DNA of 64,000 bases from Candidatus Saccharimonadota bacterium. Lineage in GTDB: Bacteria > Patescibacteriota > Saccharimonadia > Saccharimonadales > JAQGHD01. Made by a program: the position numbers and the translations under genes. Below are positions 59,500 through 64,000 of this stretch, piece by piece. The notes below the pieces were generated by a model. That model was not told the DNA's origin and did no database searches. It saw nothing but the letters and a program-made list of their open reading frames with translations. Each line of letters starts with the position of its first letter. Position 1 is the first letter of the stretch. The stretch lies in contig JAQGHD010000023.1 in assembly GCA_028288965.1 (NCBI GenBank), positions 7,249-71,248 of the forward strand, written 5' to 3'.

Positions 59500-60267
59500 T
59501 TAGCTATTCATTATTTCAGTAACTGCCTCAAAAATGACCGGGTTGGTGGCGATTAAACTCATCTCTCGAATGTTATAGCCAGAAGAGCCCACATTGCTAA
59601 TACGTCCACCAGCTTCTTTAATAAGTAGCGCTCTTGGCACAATGTCCCAAATACCGCCGTGTGAGTGAAAAATAATTAACCCGTCGACCGCACCCTTAGC
59701 CACAGCTGGGAAATCACGGAGCTGTGCAAATCCTTGGACGCGTAGATTTAGCTCCATAAACTTCTTGATTACCTCTGGGTTTTTAAAGTCACCACCAAGC
59801 TCTGGCCAAACGCGATCGAGTGGGCGCTGGCTGACATGCACCGCTTGGCCGTTACGCGTCGTACCCTGATCTTTTATGGCGATATACAACTCGTCTGTTA
59901 CAAATTTATAGACTAGAGCAAACACCGGTTCATTATCAACCACCAAGGCCACCATATTGCGCGGCAATGGCAAGCCACGAATAAACGATTCGGTACCGTC
60001 AATTGGGTCAATCAGCCAAAACGTTTCCGCACTGATGTCCCCACCAAATTCTTCACCGACAATTGGGATAGAGTCGTCAAACTTTATCAGCGCGGCGCGC
60101 AGCTCCTGCTCCAATTTTTTGTCTAGCTCAGTAACAACTGATTTATCATCCTTGAGGGTATGCGCTACATTTCCAAAGGCCTTCAGCAAGATGGGCCGTT
60201 GTTGTTGCAAGACAGCCATAATGACTGCTTCTGCCTTGGCATACCACTCGCGAGTTTGTTTCACCAT
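59500..60267 (-). CDS. inositol monophosphatase (FIG superfamily) protein
   Basis: VTELD, GEE, WLIDPIDGT, IWD..LIKEAGG. Confidence 0.9.
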   Translation of the reverse strand: MVKQTREWYAKAEAVIMAVLQQQRPILLKAFGNVAHTLKDDKSVVTELDKKLEQELRAALIKFDDSIPIVGEEFGGDISAETFWLIDPIDGTESFIRGLPLPRNMVALVVDNEPVFALVYKFVTDELYIAIKDQGTTRNGQAVHVSQRPLDRVWPELGGDFKNPEVIKKFMELNLRVQGFAQLRDFPAVAKGAVDGLIIFHSHGGIWDIVPRALLIKEAGGRISNVGSSGYNIREMSLIATNPVIFEAVTEIMNS

Positions 60268-60292
60268 CTTCTAGAGCCGATCAATTTGTAAG

Positions 60293-60817
60293 TTATTTTT
60301 TAGCTAAATTAATTGAATCGGTAATGACTTTTTTGGCGTCATCTGGGCCGCCCCAACCATTGAGTTTACCGTCAACTCCTTGCCAATTCTTTTTCCAATC
60401 TTTGTAGTGCGTATAAAAATGCTCGATTTGCTTTTTAAAAGCCGGCCCCAAATCATCAACATGCTTAATATGATCTTTACTAATGTCGTCAGCGGGAACA
60501 CAAATAAGTTTCTCGTCTTTTTCGCCGTCATCTTCAAAATACAGCACACCAATTGGGCGAGCCGGAACCACCACCCCGTGCGGTAGCGATTCATCAATAA
60601 CAACCAAGGCATCCAGGGGGTCTCCATCGCCACACAACGTGTTTGGGATGTAACCGTAGTCGGTTGGGTACCCCATTAAAACGCCATTCACGCGATCTAA
60701 AAATAGGTGCCCGGTTTTTTTGTCCATCTCAATTTTGTTACGACTGCCTTGTTGAATTTCTATCACTACGTTAATAACGTTTGGGGCCTCATCGCCATAG
60801 CTTAAGTCTGTACTCAT
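60293..60817 (-). CDS. ppa: family I inorganic pyrophosphatase
   Basis: YPTDYGYIP, DGDPLD, DEKL, HFYTHYKD. Confidence 0.95.
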   Translation of the reverse strand: MSTDLSYGDEAPNVINVVIEIQQGSRNKIEMDKKTGHLFLDRVNGVLMGYPTDYGYIPNTLCGDGDPLDALVVIDESLPHGVVVPARPIGVLYFEDDGEKDEKLICVPADDISKDHIKHVDDLGPAFKKQIEHFYTHYKDWKKNWQGVDGKLNGWGGPDDAKKVITDSINLAKK

Positions 60818-60863
60818 CTGTAAAAAGCTCCTTTATTTCTGCAATTATTGTACACTAAAGAGA

Positions 60864-61556
60864 ATGAAAATCATCGGGCACCGTGGTGCTGCTAGTTTAG
60901 CTTTAGAAAATACTAAAGCCAGTTTGTTAACAGCCTTAGATGCTGAACCATTTGGCATTGAGTTTGATGTTCGCCTAACTAAGGATGACCGTCTGGTGCT
61001 CAGCCACGACCCGGATATGCTGCGTGTAGCCGGTAAGGCCGTTCGCATACGTGATCTCACCTGTGAGGAGCTTAAGAAAATTCCTTTAATAAATGACGAT
61101 GTCTTATTGGCCCTGGAGGAAGCGCTGGATATAATCGGCAGCAAGACGCAAATTGTGCTGGAATTTAAGGACGATGATAGTGCCGGCCCCCTGCTTAAAG
61201 TCTTAGAAAAATATACTGGAGCTAAGATCTGGGTGGCCTCATTTAAACTGCAAGAACTGGCGCTGCTGCGTGAAGCCAATCCAAACCTGGTTCTGTACGG
61301 ATTGGAGCGCACCAGGCCGTTTGACATTATTCATTTTGCTCGTCAGCTGAAGCTTAATGGCATTGGCCTAAATTACTGGATCCTTAATCCCTTGACTTAT
61401 TGGTTAGCGCGCCACGACAATCTAGACATTTACGTGTATACGGTCAATAATCGGCTCCTTATTTGGTTTATTCATTTGCTGTATCCGCAGGTGGCCATTT
61501 GCACCAACTTTCCACAGTGGTATACTCCACACCGGCAGTCAGCCAAAGCTTCCTAA
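60864..61556 (+). CDS. glycerophosphodiester phosphodiesterase
   Basis: IIGHRGA, ENT, IEFDV, SHD, YTVN. Confidence 0.92.
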   Translation: MKIIGHRGAASLALENTKASLLTALDAEPFGIEFDVRLTKDDRLVLSHDPDMLRVAGKAVRIRDLTCEELKKIPLINDDVLLALEEALDIIGSKTQIVLEFKDDDSAGPLLKVLEKYTGAKIWVASFKLQELALLREANPNLVLYGLERTRPFDIIHFARQLKLNGIGLNYWILNPLTYWLARHDNLDIYVYTVNNRLLIWFIHLLYPQVAICTNFPQWYTPHRQSAKAS

Positions 61557-61596
61557 AGCTGAGCTGATATACTAGCTAACACAGAGGAGGAATGCT

Positions 61597-62301
61597 ATGC
61601 AGGTTACTTATGACCACACTGATACAATTGGCAAAAATATACATCGATTTTGGTTTAGGCCGCCGCCAACAATTGACTACATCGCCGGGCAGTTTATTGA
61701 GCTGCATCTGCCGCACCCTAATCCTGATGAACGCGGCATTAAACACTGGTTTACTTTAAGCTCGTCGCCCACTGAAGAACTTTTATTTATCACTACTAAA
61801 TTTACTCCGGAAAAAAGCAGCACTTTTAAGTTAACGCTAAAGGATCTTCGCCCTGGCACCAAAGTGACCATGGTCGAGCCAGAGGGCGATTTTGTTCTGC
61901 CCAACGACGCTAACCAAGCGTTAATTTTTGTGGCTGGCGGGATTGGCATTACACCTTACCGAAGTATGATTAAGTGGCTGCAAGACACGCAGCAGAAGCG
62001 GGCCATACAATTGTTGTACGCCGTAAATGATCTGGACCAGGCAGTGTTTCTGGACCTGTTTAAAGAATATGGGGTAGACCTGACGACGATAGTTAAACAG
62101 CCGCCGGCTGACTACGTCGGAGAAACCGGTAGTCTAGACGCCAAGCGAATCTTAGGCCTGATTGGTGAGCTTAATAACAAGCTTGTGTACGTCTCTGGCC
62201 CCGAACCGATGGTCGAGCAGTTCAACGATGACCTTCAGGCCCTCGGAGTTCCGCCATCTCAACTCAAAACTGACTTTTTCCCGAATTATACGTCTATCTA
62301 A
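61597..62301 (+). CDS. FAD/NAD(P)-binding oxidoreductase, ferredoxin reductase family
   Basis: YIAGQF, HWFTLSSSP, GDF, AGGIGITPY, SGPEPMV; GAGGAG RBS. Confidence 0.92.
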   Translation: MQVTYDHTDTIGKNIHRFWFRPPPTIDYIAGQFIELHLPHPNPDERGIKHWFTLSSSPTEELLFITTKFTPEKSSTFKLTLKDLRPGTKVTMVEPEGDFVLPNDANQALIFVAGGIGITPYRSMIKWLQDTQQKRAIQLLYAVNDLDQAVFLDLFKEYGVDLTTIVKQPPADYVGETGSLDAKRILGLIGELNNKLVYVSGPEPMVEQFNDDLQALGVPPSQLKTDFFPNYTSI

Positions 62302-62327
62302 AAAGCTACCGCACTGCAGGCTAACGT

Positions 62328-62753
62328 TTACTCAGTGACCTTGACGCTGCCAGTCATATTGGAGTGGATATTGCAGTGGTAAGTAAACGTTCCGACTGTG
62401 TTGAAAGTTACACTGTAACTGTCACCATTACTAAGCGTGTCGCTACCTTTAAAATCGGCATCGGGCTTATCAGGCGTGACGGTGTGCGACGTGCTGTCTT
62501 TATTAGTCCAAGTAACTTTGGTGCCTTTTTTGACCGTAATGGAGCTTGGGCTAAAACTAAAATTGCTAATACTCACCGCATTTTGGCTGGTAGCTGGGGT
62601 ATTTGTTGAAGTGTTGCTGGTCGGTGAGCTGGTGGCGCTACTGCTAGAAGATGCTGCCTTATTATCGGACTTGTGCCTATTGGCGACAAGAATACCAATG
62701 ACCGCTCCGATCACAACTATAACGATAATTGCTATTGCTGCTGTTCGTTTCAT
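62328..62753 (-). CDS. membrane-anchored cupredoxin (plastocyanin/amicyanin-like)
   Basis: Type 1 Cu ligands SHTV and YHCNIHSNM; N-terminal TM and Ser/Thr linker. Confidence 0.92.
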   Translation of the reverse strand: MKRTAAIAIIVIVVIGAVIGILVANRHKSDNKAASSSSSATSSPTSNTSTNTPATSQNAVSISNFSFSPSSITVKKGTKVTWTNKDSTSHTVTPDKPDADFKGSDTLSNGDSYSVTFNTVGTFTYHCNIHSNMTGSVKVTE

Positions 62754-62798
62754 AAATTGGACCCTCCTCTTACTAGCTTATTGTAGCACCGGTTGTCA

Positions 62799-63845
62799 CT
62801 AAACCTTCAAGGTTACTGGTGTGACTAACAGAGCATGGCCCTCCAAATAGTGGCGAATCATCAAGGCTGCCGTAGCTCCCTCGCCAACTGCCGTTGCAAT
62901 CTGCATGGTGGCACCACTGCGCACGTCTCCGGCCGCAAAAACGCCGGGCAAGCTCGTCTCCAAATAAGGGTTCGTTTTAATAAAGCCAATTTCGTCTAAT
63001 TCTATGGTTGTTTTCTTTAAGAACTCGGTATTAGGCAAAAGACCGACAAAGACAAAAACCCCGTCGGTGGGAAAGTCTACTTTTTTGCCAGTAGTTTTAT
63101 CGGTACCAATTACTTTTGTCACTTTTTCAAAGTTATCAACTTTGGCACCAATAATTTCATCGGTGCTGGTGTTGAAGTGCACCGTGACTTTAGCAGTGTG
63201 CTTTTGCAGCTCTTCCTGCAAAACCTCTGAGGCTCGAAAGTGATCACCGCGGACTAGTATATCTATGTGCGAAGCAAAACGTGTCAAAAATATAGCTTCT
63301 TGGACCGCTGAATTACCACCGCCCACCACCACCAGGCGTTTATCTCTGTAAAAAGCTCCGTCGCAGGTTGCACAATAATGAACGCCGCGAGCGTAATACT
63401 CTTTTTCGCCTGGCACACCTATTTTTTTATAATCTGAGCCCGTGGCTATGAGCACCGCCTTGGCATGGACTTCGCCATCGGTAGTAATAACACGTTTATG
63501 GGAGCCAGCGTCGATGATATTAGCTACCTCGCCGTATTCAAACTTAGCACCAAATCGCTGAGCCTGTTGGTGTAAATTCTCGGCCAAATCAAGTCCTGAA
63601 ATACCTTTAGCAAAGCCCGGGTAGTTATCAATCCAATCTGTTACTGCCGCCAAGCCACCAATCGGGCCCTTATCGTACAGCACGGTTTCAATATCTTCGC
63701 GGGTGGTGTAAATTGCCGCACTTAGCGCCGCAGGACCGGCTCCGATCATCACCACATCGTGAACGGGCTCTATCGCCACCGTTTTCGCGGAAGCTGTTGC
63801 CGTGACCGGGACAGCTTTAGTTTTTTCAGCAGTCTGACTCACCAT
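62799..63845 (-). CDS. trxB: thioredoxin reductase
   Basis: GAGPAAL, NYPG, YCATCDG, GGGNSA, FAAGD. Confidence 0.95.
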   Translation of the reverse strand: MVSQTAEKTKAVPVTATASAKTVAIEPVHDVVMIGAGPAALSAAIYTTREDIETVLYDKGPIGGLAAVTDWIDNYPGFAKGISGLDLAENLHQQAQRFGAKFEYGEVANIIDAGSHKRVITTDGEVHAKAVLIATGSDYKKIGVPGEKEYYARGVHYCATCDGAFYRDKRLVVVGGGNSAVQEAIFLTRFASHIDILVRGDHFRASEVLQEELQKHTAKVTVHFNTSTDEIIGAKVDNFEKVTKVIGTDKTTGKKVDFPTDGVFVFVGLLPNTEFLKKTTIELDEIGFIKTNPYLETSLPGVFAAGDVRSGATMQIATAVGEGATAALMIRHYLEGHALLVTPVTLKV

Positions 63846-64000
63846 GAACTCCTAATTATGAATTCCTATTATGACGTCTCTCTTTATTGTGTGCAATCAT
63901 TAGGAAGAGCAACTGGCACAATCAATGTAGCCGATTATCCAGCGCGAAAGAGGTGCCTGCGACGAGAGGACTCGCCGTAGGATAGGGCAAGAAACCCATA

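Overview
Densely coding chromosomal segment of a small-genome bacterium; the gene complement (DUF5665/YtxH cluster, pilin-like genes, split transketolase, cysteine-poor RpoC) suggests Patescibacteria/CPR, most likely Saccharibacteria (inference, no search run). TGA is used as stop. Mostly minus-strand housekeeping genes: rpoC (runs off the left edge), rpoB, clpP, tig, hisS, tRNA-Leu(TAG), rsmD, recG, tyrS, a class A PBP, clpC, nusA, pepN, rnhB, rplS, a PilB-like ATPase, dnaE, gatCAB, uvrB, a sugar-phosphate cluster (pfkB, fba, split tkt, rpe, rpiB, gap, IMPase-family, ppa) and a redox trio (FNR-like, cupredoxin, trxB). No CRISPR, IS or prophage seen. Most notable: (1) loss of Cys ligands at both structural zinc sites of RNA polymerase beta-prime, paralleled in PilB and GatB; (2) two perfect CIRCE operators with the -35 box inside the spacer, upstream of clpP and clpC; (3) about a dozen genes with a -10 box 6-8 nt before the start codon, suggesting pervasive leaderless expression; (4) an AT-richer two-gene GT2 synthase plus putative glycoside hydrolase cassette with a non-canonical QxxRW motif; (5) a promoter-proximal terminator in the nusA leader; (6) a pentose-phosphate cluster lacking transaldolase; (7) scattered divergent lipid-acting enzymes.
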